Part shown: one piece after another, positions 20,031 to 29,561 of the stretch
Position numbering within the stretch: position 1 is the first letter of the stretch
How the letters are laid out: every line of letters starts with the position of its first letter
NCBI GenBank assembly: GCA_965213705.1
Contig: OZ243913.1
Span: 1,280,001-1,344,000, forward strand
Direction: 5' to 3'
DNA: 64,000 bases
DNA from: Trueperaceae bacterium
GTDB taxonomy: Bacteria; Deinococcota; Deinococci; Deinococcales; Trueperaceae
Translations under genes and position numbers: made by a program
Notes under the pieces: generated by a model
Seen by the model: only the letters and a program-made list of their open reading frames with translations
Database searches by the model: none
What the model was told of the DNA's origin: nothing

Positions 20031-20251
20031 CTTCTCCTTTACCGTGAGCGCTCCACGCCAAGTGTTCTCGACGTTGCGCCTACATGCTCAAGATAGAGGA
20101 TTGAAGAGAAGAAGACTGGAGTTCGTCAACAATCCTGAGGATGCGGGCCGGGTCCTGTTTGCCGCGTCCGAGCAAGCCCGGCTCTAACACAGCGACCGGA
20201 CCTACGGTAGAACCTCGGCGCCGCCCCTATCTTGGTGTCCAGGAGGAAACT

Positions 20252-21007
20252 ATGCCGACAACTTTGGTAGCGATGTACGACCGCCGCAACCAGGCCGAGG
20301 AGGCTGTTCGAGACTTGGCCGACGCCGGCTTCGAGCGCGGCAACGTCGAACTCGTGGCGCACGACGAACAGACGCAAGACCGCCCCGCAGGTTTCTGGCA
20401 GACCTTGTTCAATCCGGGTGCAGCCGAGGACGACATCGACCTGCTCGCCGAGGGCGTGCGCCGCGGCGGCTCGGTGCTGACGCTGACAGTTGACGATAAC
20501 AGAGTGGCTGACGTTGAACAAATCCTGAACCGCCATAACCCGGTCGATGTCGACGAGCGGGTGGAGAAGTGGCGCGAGGAGGGCTACAGCGGCCACGACC
20601 GCAACGCCCCGGTCTACAGCGCCGAGCAGGTCGAGGCCGAGCGTGAGCGCTACGCCATCCCCATCGTCGAAGAAGACGTCAAGGTCGGCAAGCGCCAAGT
20701 CCAAGAGGGCGGCAAGCGCATCCGCAGCTACGTCCGCGAGACGCCGGTCGAAGAAAGCGTCACCCTGCGCGACGAAGAGGTGCACGTCGAGCGCCGACCC
20801 ATAAATCGCGCCGCGACCGAGGCCGACTTCCAGGAGAAAAACGTCGAGATGAGCGAGACGCACGAAGAAGCCGTCGTGTCGAAAGAGGCGCGCGTCGTCG
20901 AAGAAGTCGTCGTCGATAAAGAAGCGCGCGAGCACACCGAGACCGTGCGCGGCACCGAGCGCAAGACCGAGGTCGAAGTCGAAGAGTTGGGCAAGACCAA
21001 GAACTGA
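20252..21007 (+). CDS. YsnF/AvaK (DUF2382) domain general stress protein
   Basis: IPIVEEDVKVGKRQV...VTLRDEEVHVERRP...EEAVVSKEARVVEEV; AGGAGG RBS. Confidence 0.9.
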   Translation: MPTTLVAMYDRRNQAEEAVRDLADAGFERGNVELVAHDEQTQDRPAGFWQTLFNPGAAEDDIDLLAEGVRRGGSVLTLTVDDNRVADVEQILNRHNPVDVDERVEKWREEGYSGHDRNAPVYSAEQVEAERERYAIPIVEEDVKVGKRQVQEGGKRIRSYVRETPVEESVTLRDEEVHVERRPINRAATEADFQEKNVEMSETHEEAVVSKEARVVEEVVVDKEAREHTETVRGTERKTEVEVEELGKTKN

Positions 21008-21022
21008 GCTTCTAAGCCAAAT

Positions 21023-21067
21023 CCGCGGCGGTGGGGGTGTGGGTTAATCACACCCCCACCGCCGCGG
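21023..21067 (+). terminator. Perfect 19-bp GC-rich hairpin after the YsnF/AvaK gene
   Basis: CCGCGGCGGTGGGGGTGTG-7nt-CACACCCCCACCGCCGCGG. Confidence 0.7.
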
Positions 21068-21315
21068 TCGGTACATTTTTCTGGTCCTGGCCCGCTGCTG
21101 TTAAGTGGCAACCTCTTCAGTAGCTCGGTGTTCTCGCGCTCGGCTACCTGGCCGCGCCGCTTTTGGCTGGCGCGCTGCAGACCCGGTCTTTGGGAGCTGA
21201 AGGGGCCTCGGAGTTGTGGGGCTCGAAAACAGTCGGTAAGTAGGCCCACACCCTGCAGCCGCCCCCGGCAAGCTCGATACTTGCCTCTGTATACCAGCGC
21301 GCCGGGAGGAGAGTT

Positions 21316-21528
21316 GTGGACTGGGAAGACGTCAAGCGTGACTGGGAGAGCTACCGGAAAGAGGCTCTGCGTACCTGAAAGAAGCTGCAAGCTGAGGACC
21401 TCGACGCCGCCGGTGACCGCGACAAGCTCGTCGAGCGTGTTGGACAAGCTCACGGCGTGTCCCCGGAACAAGCCGAGACCGAAGTCGACGCCTGGGCCAA
21501 AAGGATGACCGAGATTCAGGCGACCTGA
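21316..21528 (+). pseudogene. CsbD/YjbJ-family gene with an internal TGA
   Basis: MDWEDVKRDWESYRKEALRT*KKLQAEDLD...RDKLVERV...EVDAW; GGAGGAG RBS. TGA at 21376-21378 aligns with a Trp in the neighbouring paralog. Confidence 0.8.
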
Positions 21529-21540
21529 AGTGAGGAAATC

Positions 21541-21804
21541 TTGACCCAAGCTTATTTTTTCGACCAGCCGAACCCGCCCCCCGTCGAAGAGCCCGTGCCG
21601 ACGCCCGGCCGGGACCTTCCCGACCCGGGAGTGCCTAACCCCGACGAACTGCCCCCCGAGATCGACGAGCCGGGCGAAGACCTGCCAGGAATCGACGAGC
21701 CGCCGGGAGACTTGCCCGACCAAGTGCCGCCGGGTGTCGACTTGCCCGGCGAAGGTGGAAGGGACGTTGATCTGCCCCCGCCCGAGCCGGCCGAGGTTGG
21801 CTGA
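21541..21804 (+). CDS. Small Pro/Asp/Glu-rich repeat protein
   Basis: GAGG RBS, TTG start, repeated PGxDLP units. Confidence 0.6.
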   Translation: MTQAYFFDQPNPPPVEEPVPTPGRDLPDPGVPNPDELPPEIDEPGEDLPGIDEPPGDLPDQVPPGVDLPGEGGRDVDLPPPEPAEVG

Positions 21805-21906
21805 AATCAAACAGGCCGCTGACCTTTGGCTGTCTATGCGGGCGAAGATTCGTAGGCCCGTCTCAGAGCGGCTGGTTCGACCTCGCCGTAGTACAGGAGG
21901 AACAAA

Positions 21907-22113
21907 GTGAACTGGGACAAAGTCAAAGAAGGCTGGGAGCAGTACCAAAAACTCGCCCTAGGCGAGTGGCCCAAGCTGACCGAGCTGGACCTGACCCATA
22001 TCGCGGGCAACCGGACACAGCTCGTCGAGCTACTCCAAGACCGCTACGACATGAGCCTAGACGAAGCCGCACAGACGGCTGACGGTTGGGCGGAGAGTAT
22101 CACTGGCGATTAG
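21907..22113 (+). CDS. CsbD/YjbJ-family stress protein
   Basis: MNWDKVKEGWEQY...WPKLTELDL..IAGNRTQLVELLQDRY; AGGAGG RBS. Confidence 0.88.
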   Translation: MNWDKVKEGWEQYQKLALGEWPKLTELDLTHIAGNRTQLVELLQDRYDMSLDEAAQTADGWAESITGD

Positions 22114-22364
22114 GAAATGAGTGGGGGCAGAGGGTGCGAAGGTCTACGAACAGCGTAACAGCCGCAACCAGTCACCTACCCGACTTGACGCCCTATGAAG
22201 TGCATTGCGGCGAACTTAGCCAAGCCGCCCACCTGACGCTTCAACAACTTAGCAACCTGCTGTTGTCCATCCGCGACAACGCAAGTCTGGACAGAGCTGA
22301 GCGCCTGACTCTGCTGGAGACCGTAGACGCGCTCGTCTGGGAACGCTCACGAGAAAACGTCTAG
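22086..22364 (+). CDS. Hypothetical protein (start uncertain)
   Basis: Helical C-terminal half looks protein-like; no recognisable motif. Confidence 0.3.
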   Translation: MGGEYHWRLGNEWGQRVRRSTNSVTAATSHLPDLTPYEVHCGELSQAAHLTLQQLSNLLLSIRDNASLDRAERLTLLETVDALVWERSRENV

Positions 22365-22594
22365 GGCTTCAACAACCTGTTACCGTTGCCTTTGTTAGGT
22401 GAACTCTTGAAAAAACTCGAGGCTGTGCCTTTTCCAGTACGACAGTCACCTTGCAATTTATCACTCGTCCTGCCAACGTAGAAAGCGTTTTCTGCAGTAA
22501 TTGTCTTTAAGATTTACGGCGACGCTCTTACCTCATCCCGATTCCATCACGAAGCTAAAGCCTTAGGCACGCGCCTGTCATATTTTCGTGATAA

Positions 22595-24583
22595 GTGTCC
22601 ACCTACACTGTCCTTATGGATGCGCTGCCTGGAGAACGACGTTGTTCTTACACCACCTTGTCGCCTGAAATCGAATCCTTGCAGGACTTTCTGACAACCA
22701 GAGCCGACCACCCTTTTGCTGTTCCTACCGACGTCGCAACCTGGCAGTCACTTTTCGCTCATTTACTCAGCTTAAAAGAAACGTCCCTGCTTCCTTTCGA
22801 GGCAGTGTTGAACAACGTACCCATAGAGGTGGTCATCTTCGACGCTGAGCACCGCTACTTGTTTTGCAACCCCGCAGCCATCAAGAACAGTGAGATTCGC
22901 AGCTGGATAATTGGCAAAGACGACTTCGAATATGGCAGCTACCGAGGCTTCGACCCCAGTGTTGCCGAGCAGCGACGCAAACGCTTCCTCGCGGCGGTTG
23001 AGAGCCGGACCTCGGCGAGCTGGGAAGAGACTTTCACGGATGCTCACGGAAACGTCAAACACCACTGGCGCAACCTCATGCCGGTCTTCGGCCAAGCGGG
23101 CGAACTCAGGTTCGTTGTCGGATACGGACGTGACGTTACCGAGCGCAAACAAGCAGAGCAAGCTTTGGAGCGTTTCAACGGCGAGCTGGAAACGAGGGTT
23201 AGGACGCGCACCGCCGAACTAGAAGCGGCCAAGCTGGACTTAGAGGCCGCGAACGCCCGGTTGCAGCACGACGCTTTCCACGACGTCCTGACTGGGCTGC
23301 CCAACCGAGCCTTGTTCAAAGACCGCCTGGCCCAGGCCGTCGAGCGCGAAAAGCGCCGCCCCGAGAACGGCTTCGCGGTGTTGTTCTTGGACTTCGACCG
23401 TTTCAAAGTCGTCAACGACAGTCTCGGTCATGAGGCCGGCGACACCCTGCTCATCGCTCTGGGTGAGCGTCTAACCGGGTGTGTGCGCCCTGGGGACACG
23501 GTGGCCCGCTTGGGCGGTGACGAGTTCACCTTGCTTTTAGAAGACCTAAAGCAAAGTAGCGGCGAAGCGGTGAAAACGGCTGAACGTATCCAACAGGCGT
23601 TGAAGCGTCCCTTTCAACTCGCTGGGCAAGCGCTCACCCTCACCGTCAGCATTGGCATTGTTCCCAGCAGGCTCGGCTACCACAGCGCCGAGGAAGTGCT
23701 GCGCGACGCGGACTTGGCGATGTACGATGCCAAAAAGCGTGGGCGGGCCGGGTACCAGCTTTTTACTCAGCAGTTGCGTGAGCAAGCTTTGTTACGTTTG
23801 GAACTCGAGACAGACCTGCGCAGCGCCACCGAGGCGGGTACGCTCGGCGTGCAGTATCAGCCTATCGTCGCGGTGGAGACCGGCTTGCCGGTCGGCTACG
23901 AAGCGCTGGCCCGCTGGACGCACCCCCTGCACGGACCGGTCTCACCGGACGTGTTTATTCCTTTGGCCGAAGAGGTGGGCCTCGTCACCGAACTCGACCT
24001 GTTCGTGTTGCGTACGGCTTGCTCGCAGGTGTGCGCGTGGCAGCAGCAGTTCCCGCAGTTGCCGGCGCTGAGCTTGAGCGCCAACCTGTCCGGCAAAAGT
24101 GTCGCGTACCCAGGACTCGTGGCGCGCATCGAGAGCATCCTGAACGAAACCGGTTTCGACCCGCGCGACCTCAAGCTCGAGCTGACCGAAAGCGTGTTGC
24201 TCGGCTCGCCCGCCGAGGTAGGGACGACCCTCAACCAACTCAGGACGCTAGGCATCAGGCTGCATATTGACGACTTCGGTACCGGGTACTCCTCGCTCGC
24301 TTACCTGCAAAACCTACCCGTGAGTACGCTCAAGGTCGACCGCTCCTTTGTGGAGAACATGCTCAGTAACCCGGAGAGTGCCGAGTTGGTGCGCACCGTC
24401 GTGGCGATGGCAAAGGCCTTGGGCTTGAGCGTGACGGCGGAAGGTATCGAAACCCCGGCACAGCTTGCGCACCTTAAAGCTTTGGGCTGCGAGAACGGGC
24501 AGGGCTACTTGTTTTCAAAACCGCTTCCGGCAGCGGCTGTAGCCAGCTACATGACGTCACTACAAGGTTTAGCTGTTTGTTAG
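22595..24583 (+). CDS. PAS-GGDEF-EAL diguanylate cyclase/phosphodiesterase
   Basis: PAS/PAC ending RDVTERK, HDVLTGLPNR, RLGGDEF, YEALARW, DDFGTGYSSL, KVDRSF, AEGIE. Confidence 0.95.
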   Translation: MSTYTVLMDALPGERRCSYTTLSPEIESLQDFLTTRADHPFAVPTDVATWQSLFAHLLSLKETSLLPFEAVLNNVPIEVVIFDAEHRYLFCNPAAIKNSEIRSWIIGKDDFEYGSYRGFDPSVAEQRRKRFLAAVESRTSASWEETFTDAHGNVKHHWRNLMPVFGQAGELRFVVGYGRDVTERKQAEQALERFNGELETRVRTRTAELEAAKLDLEAANARLQHDAFHDVLTGLPNRALFKDRLAQAVEREKRRPENGFAVLFLDFDRFKVVNDSLGHEAGDTLLIALGERLTGCVRPGDTVARLGGDEFTLLLEDLKQSSGEAVKTAERIQQALKRPFQLAGQALTLTVSIGIVPSRLGYHSAEEVLRDADLAMYDAKKRGRAGYQLFTQQLREQALLRLELETDLRSATEAGTLGVQYQPIVAVETGLPVGYEALARWTHPLHGPVSPDVFIPLAEEVGLVTELDLFVLRTACSQVCAWQQQFPQLPALSLSANLSGKSVAYPGLVARIESILNETGFDPRDLKLELTESVLLGSPAEVGTTLNQLRTLGIRLHIDDFGTGYSSLAYLQNLPVSTLKVDRSFVENMLSNPESAELVRTVVAMAKALGLSVTAEGIETPAQLAHLKALGCENGQGYLFSKPLPAAAVASYMTSLQGLAVC

Positions 24584-25046
24584 TTGCTGAGCAGACGCGG
24601 TAACTTGCAAGCGGACGACGTTGGTCACCCAGTTTGAGAACGCCGACCGCCGTGCCGCTTTCCCATGTGCTCCAGAAAAAGCCCAGGTGCACGGGTGGCG
24701 TTACGCCCAAGCTGGAGCATGTCCGATCTCCTCAAGACATTGGGATTTTTTATACGCCAAGGTCCGACCCACACCTGTAGCCAGACGATGCTGTTTTCAA
24801 ACAGCTGACTTATGAACACGTCAACCGGCTTGAACTGCTTCGTGGTGGTATGTTTCAAAAAACTATAGTTTTATGGAGTAGCAACCTAAGAGGATAGATA
24901 CACGGCTCGTAGCGCCAAAATCGTGAGGGGGTTTTCTGGAAGGCTTAGCGTATAAAAAATCCTGGTGTCTTACACTACCCGATGTTGATGCTTTGAAGCG
25001 TTTGACGAACGTCACCTCTTTCCGGCGTTTTCAACCTAGTGCTTTT

Positions 25047-28000
25047 TCACGGCATCTCGACGCGCGTCGTCGCCTTGCCTACTGTGAACATATAAGTCCC
25101 CGGCACCACTTTGGCCTCAGCCTCGCCCAGCACGTCGCCGGGGATGACGGCCAAACGCTCTAGCGGAACGTCTAAGGTGACGGTTCGCGTTTCGCCAGGC
25201 TCGAGGCTCACCTTTGCAAAACCGACGAGCTGCTTTACGCGGGTCAACACCCCCGCCGGGGGGCGGCTGACGTAAACCTGCACGGTTTCGCTACCGGGAC
25301 GGTCGCCCGTGTTTTCGAGCTCCAGGCTGACCTTGACAACGTCACCGTTCAACTCGGTGCTGACGTTGCTCTGTTTGAAACGTGTGTAGCTCAGGCCGTC
25401 ACCGAAGGCGTAAAGCGGGTCGTAGGGCGTGCCCGGTAGCACGTCGTAGGTGAGCGGGAGTTGTCCGGTGTCTTTAGGCCAGGAAAAGGGCAGTTTGCCG
25501 TTTGGGCTGGTGCGACCGTACAGGAGGTCGGCAATGGCTAGGCCGCCCTCGCTCCCCGGCAGGTAGGCCATGACGAGGCTGCCCAGTCCGCTTCGAACGT
25601 CTTCGGGGATGATGAGCGGCCGTCCCGCCATCACGACGACGACGAGGGGGGTGTCGGTTTGAACAAGGGTGCGCAGAAGCCCTAACTGGTCTTCAGAAAA
25701 TTGAAGCGTGACGCTGTCGCCTTCGCCCTCGGCGTAGGGCGGCTCGCCGACCACGGCGACGACGACGTCCGCCGCGCCAACCGCCGCCGTGAGCGCCTCG
25801 GCGTCGCGGGTGTCGGGCAGGTAATCGACCCTTACGCCCTTAGGAGCCTCGGCTTGCATGGCGCCCAAGACGCTCACGCCGGGCGGCGTCTCACCTGTGT
25901 CGGGCAACCCCTGCCAGCCAATCGTCCAGCCGCCCGTCTGATTCTTGAGGCTGTCGGCACTCTCGCCGACCACCAAGATATTTTTTGCGGTGTCGTCAAA
26001 AGGAAGTGGGCCGTTCTCGAGCAGCGTCAGCGACTCGACCGCCGCCCGACGCGCCAGCGTACGGTCTTGCTCCATCACGATGGCGTCGGCTGCGTCTGCG
26101 TCAACATAGGGTTGCTCGAACAGTCCCAGCTTGAATTTCAAAGTCAAGATGCGCCCGACGGCTTCGTCGATGCGGGCTTCCGTTACGGTGCCCTCCTCGA
26201 CAAGTTCGGTGAGGGTCCGGGTAAAGGTGTCCGCGTCGTGAGGGACCATGTACATGTCTACCCCGGCGGCAATGCTCATGGCGACGGCGTCTTTGAAATC
26301 GGCGGCGACCTTGTGGACGGTGACGAGCTTGTCGATGTCGTTCCAGTCCGAAACCGTCACGCCGTTGAAACCGAACTCGCCGCGCAACACGTCGGTGAGC
26401 AGGTAAGGTGACGCGTGAACCGGCACGCCGTTGACCGAGCCGCTGTTCGCCATGACCGTGTCGGCCCCCGCGTCCAGACCCGCGCGTGACGTCGGGAAGT
26501 GAACGGTGCGGAGGGTTCTCGTATCTAAAAACGCCGGGCTGCGGTCAAAACCGACCAGCGGTTGCGAGTAGCCGCCGAAATGCTTGACCGTCGCGGCGAC
26601 CCGCCCGGAAGCTTGAAACCCGCGCACGCTCGCAGCGACGAGGTCTGCAGCAAGGTACGGGTCTTCGCCAAACGTCTCATAAAAACGCCCCCAGCGCGCG
26701 TCGCGCCCCACGTCGGTGACGGGGGCAAAGGTCCAGGGCGTGCCTGTCGCCAGTAGATCGTCAGCGACTTTGCGGCTTATTGTTTTCACCAGTTCGGGGT
26801 CAAAGGTCGCCGCCAATCCGAGGTTGTGTGGGTAGATCGTCGCGCCGAGGACGTTGTTGTGTCCGTGGACCGCGTCGACGCCGTAAATGAGCGGGATAGG
26901 CAAACGGGCGTTCTCCAGAGCGTAGCGCTGCAGGGCGTTCGTCATCTCTGCCCAACCTTTCGGCGTGTTCGGCACCGGGGCCGCGCCCCCGCCCGAGAGC
27001 AGCGAGCCCACGTGGTTGTCGATGAGAACGCGTTGCAACCATTCCTCGTTCAGCGGTCCCCGGTCCCACTCGCCGCTGCCCATAAGCCGGGTCACGTCGA
27101 TTTGGGTCATCTGCCCGACTTTTTCTTCTAAAGTGAGGCGGCCGAGGAGGTCTGCGACTCGAGCTTCCACCGGCTGCGTCGGGTCGAGGTACAGCTCACC
27201 GGACAAGCTCCTCACACTGCGCAGCGCGTCTAAATAAAGGGTGCCGCCCGCTTGAGGCAACTCGAAGCGGTAGCCCGTAATGTTCGTCAAACCTAAGCCG
27301 TCGTCCGGCGCGCCCGCGGGCTGCTCAGCGCTGCGCGAAAAGTCCGCAAAAGGCAGCGTGACCTTTTTCCAGCCCGTAAAGTCGTCGGTAAAGGCGGTGG
27401 AAAAACGCTCGGCGGTGTCCGCCGCGGTGTAAACGCGCAGGTAGTCTACTTTCAGGGCTTGGGGGAAGCTCGTGGTCTCGTCGGGGTTGCCCGGCCAGTT
27501 GCCGCCCACGGCCAGGTTGAGCAGCAAAAAGAAGGGCTGGTCGAAGACCCACGCGCTCCCCGCCGGAACGTCGTCCGGCGTCAGGGTGAAGAAGGGTTCG
27601 TCGTCAACGTACCACTGCAGTTTGTTGGGCCGCCACTCGAGCGCAAAGGTGTGAAAGTCGTCCGCGAAACCCGCCGCCAGCTCGAAACTCCCGCCGACGC
27701 CGGACGCACCCGAATAACCTGGGCCGTGGACGGTGCCGTACACCGTGGCGGGCTCGCGCCCGATGTGCTCCATGATGTCGATTTCGCCTGAGTTCGGCCA
27801 ACCGACTTCGCCAAAGTTGACACCCAACATCCACAGCGCGGGCCAGACGCCCTGGCCTTGAGGCAGTTGCATTCTCGCCTCGACCCGGCCGTAGGTGAAC
27901 TCAAGCTTGTCCTGCGTCCTGAGCCGCGCCGAGGTGTAGAGGCAGGGGCCGTAGTAGCACTCGAGCCCCGCGTTCGGCGCTGTCTCTCTCGCCGTGAGAA

Positions 28001-29483
28001 CCAAGTTTCCCGCACCGTCCAGCGCGACGTTCTCGGGGTCGTCGCTGTAATATTCGAGTTCGTTGTTGCCCCAACCCGGCGCGCTGCCCACGGTGCCGTC
28101 GCCGATTTCGGCGCTCCACACCGCCGGGTCGGGCGGCGTTCCGGCAGCACCGTCGAAGTCGTCTTCGTAGAGAAGTTCCCAATCGCCCTCGCGGGTGCCG
28201 TCTTGCAGCTCGAGCGTGACGGGCTGGCCGCTGCTCGAGCCGTAGACCCAAAAGCTCACGCCCTCGCTGCCGCTCAAGTCCTGCGGTCGCGCGAAGGTAC
28301 GTCCGAACGAGACGGGCGCGTCGGCCGCGTCGCCGGTGACTTGGAGAACCGTTTCGTACAGGTCTTGCTCGGGCAGCGCCAGCTCGGATTCGGCGGGCAG
28401 TTCGCGGGCGCTCAAGGTCGCGTTGCTCGCACTGAAGTCCTCTACGTCGGTAAAGTCCTCGAGCAGCGTGGGGTCGGCCGGGTCGTCATCGCGGATGAAC
28501 AGGGTGGTTTGGCGCTGCGCGCCGAGTTGGACGTTGTAGGGGGACTCGATGCCTAACGTCAGCGTTTCGTCGCCTTCACGTTTCGAATCGGGCAGCGTGG
28601 CGACCTCGAAGGTTTGCTCGGTCACGCCCGCCGGAAACACGACGAGGTCGGAACCGCCCGCGTAGTCTCGGTAGGCGGTCGCCGTGTCGGGGGCCAAGGT
28701 GTAGCGCACGCTGACGGGTTCTTCGGAAGGTCGGTTGAGACGCACCGTGAGCGTTGCCGGTTCGCCCTCTCTGGCTTCAAACGAGGGTCGGCCGAAACTC
28801 ACTTGTAGGGTGTCGTCGCTTGGCGCGGCACTTTCTACACTGCCGTACACGGTCACGTCGTCCAGATAAACCGGCGTGCTGCTCGGCCCGTAGCGAAACG
28901 CGTAGCCCGAGGCTTCGGTCAAACCCAAACCGTCGTTCGGCGCACCCGCGGGTTGAAAGTCACTCCGGCGGCGAAAGTCGGTAAAGGGAATCTGGAAGGT
29001 GTTCCAGCCCGAAAAGTCGTCGTCAAAAGAATACTCGTAGCGCTCGGCGCTGTCGCCCTGGGAGCCGGAGCGGTTGTCGAACACCTCGACGAACACCGTC
29101 TCGCCGCTGTTCGCCCCGTAGTACCTGAAGCTGAGGCCTTCAAAGCTGCTCAAGTCCCGCCCGACCCACGCGCCGTCCGTTTCAAAGGCGTGGGTAAAGC
29201 CGCCCCAGGAGGCGATGTTGTGGGAAAGCTCGAGCACATGGTCGACACCCTCTTGGTTGGGCAGCGCCAGGTCCGAGCCGGCAGGGACCTCGAGCCTCTG
29301 CAAAGAGACATTCCCCGGACTGTCGCCCCAGGTCGTAAAACCGACGTCGTTGCCGAAGGCGTCCTGGACGTTCACGAGTTCACTTTCGAAAGTGTCGTTC
29401 AAGGGCGGCTCGGCCTGCGCCAGCGCCCAGGCCGCGCTCAGCAAGACGAGCGACAGCAGGGTCGTGGTTGTGTTTTTTCGCAT
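25047..29483 (-). CDS. Secreted multimodular beta-glucanase/beta-glucosidase: CBM11-like, Calx-beta, split CBM11 containing GH16, GH3, Fn3-like
   Basis: Signal peptide; GH16 GWGNNELEYY, GVWPALWM, EIDIMEH; GH3 EEKVGQMTQ, DAVHGH, WGRFYETFGED, KHF, SDW. Confidence 0.9.
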   Translation of the reverse strand: MRKNTTTTLLSLVLLSAAWALAQAEPPLNDTFESELVNVQDAFGNDVGFTTWGDSPGNVSLQRLEVPAGSDLALPNQEGVDHVLELSHNIASWGGFTHAFETDGAWVGRDLSSFEGLSFRYYGANSGETVFVEVFDNRSGSQGDSAERYEYSFDDDFSGWNTFQIPFTDFRRRSDFQPAGAPNDGLGLTEASGYAFRYGPSSTPVYLDDVTVYGSVESAAPSDDTLQVSFGRPSFEAREGEPATLTVRLNRPSEEPVSVRYTLAPDTATAYRDYAGGSDLVVFPAGVTEQTFEVATLPDSKREGDETLTLGIESPYNVQLGAQRQTTLFIRDDDPADPTLLEDFTDVEDFSASNATLSARELPAESELALPEQDLYETVLQVTGDAADAPVSFGRTFARPQDLSGSEGVSFWVYGSSSGQPVTLELQDGTREGDWELLYEDDFDGAAGTPPDPAVWSAEIGDGTVGSAPGWGNNELEYYSDDPENVALDGAGNLVLTARETAPNAGLECYYGPCLYTSARLRTQDKLEFTYGRVEARMQLPQGQGVWPALWMLGVNFGEVGWPNSGEIDIMEHIGREPATVYGTVHGPGYSGASGVGGSFELAAGFADDFHTFALEWRPNKLQWYVDDEPFFTLTPDDVPAGSAWVFDQPFFLLLNLAVGGNWPGNPDETTSFPQALKVDYLRVYTAADTAERFSTAFTDDFTGWKKVTLPFADFSRSAEQPAGAPDDGLGLTNITGYRFELPQAGGTLYLDALRSVRSLSGELYLDPTQPVEARVADLLGRLTLEEKVGQMTQIDVTRLMGSGEWDRGPLNEEWLQRVLIDNHVGSLLSGGGAAPVPNTPKGWAEMTNALQRYALENARLPIPLIYGVDAVHGHNNVLGATIYPHNLGLAATFDPELVKTISRKVADDLLATGTPWTFAPVTDVGRDARWGRFYETFGEDPYLAADLVAASVRGFQASGRVAATVKHFGGYSQPLVGFDRSPAFLDTRTLRTVHFPTSRAGLDAGADTVMANSGSVNGVPVHASPYLLTDVLRGEFGFNGVTVSDWNDIDKLVTVHKVAADFKDAVAMSIAAGVDMYMVPHDADTFTRTLTELVEEGTVTEARIDEAVGRILTLKFKLGLFEQPYVDADAADAIVMEQDRTLARRAAVESLTLLENGPLPFDDTAKNILVVGESADSLKNQTGGWTIGWQGLPDTGETPPGVSVLGAMQAEAPKGVRVDYLPDTRDAEALTAAVGAADVVVAVVGEPPYAEGEGDSVTLQFSEDQLGLLRTLVQTDTPLVVVVMAGRPLIIPEDVRSGLGSLVMAYLPGSEGGLAIADLLYGRTSPNGKLPFSWPKDTGQLPLTYDVLPGTPYDPLYAFGDGLSYTRFKQSNVSTELNGDVVKVSLELENTGDRPGSETVQVYVSRPPAGVLTRVKQLVGFAKVSLEPGETRTVTLDVPLERLAVIPGDVLGEAEAKVVPGTYMFTVGKATTRVEMP

Positions 29484-29561
29484 GGTTCGTCTCCCCTCAG
29501 TTTTGCAGATGAGCTTCACGAAAAGCCTCGAGCCAGCCCCCACCCCAACGTGAAACCTCTA

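Noticed and set aside
88..21378. Alternative genetic code suggested by internal TAG (88) and TGA (21376)
   Set aside because: Both codons terminate many intact genes in the window; pseudogenisation or error is simpler.
20126..21948. Minus-strand ORFs of 269 aa and 406 aa
   Set aside because: Antisense to the YsnF/AvaK, CsbD and Pro-rich genes; no motifs.
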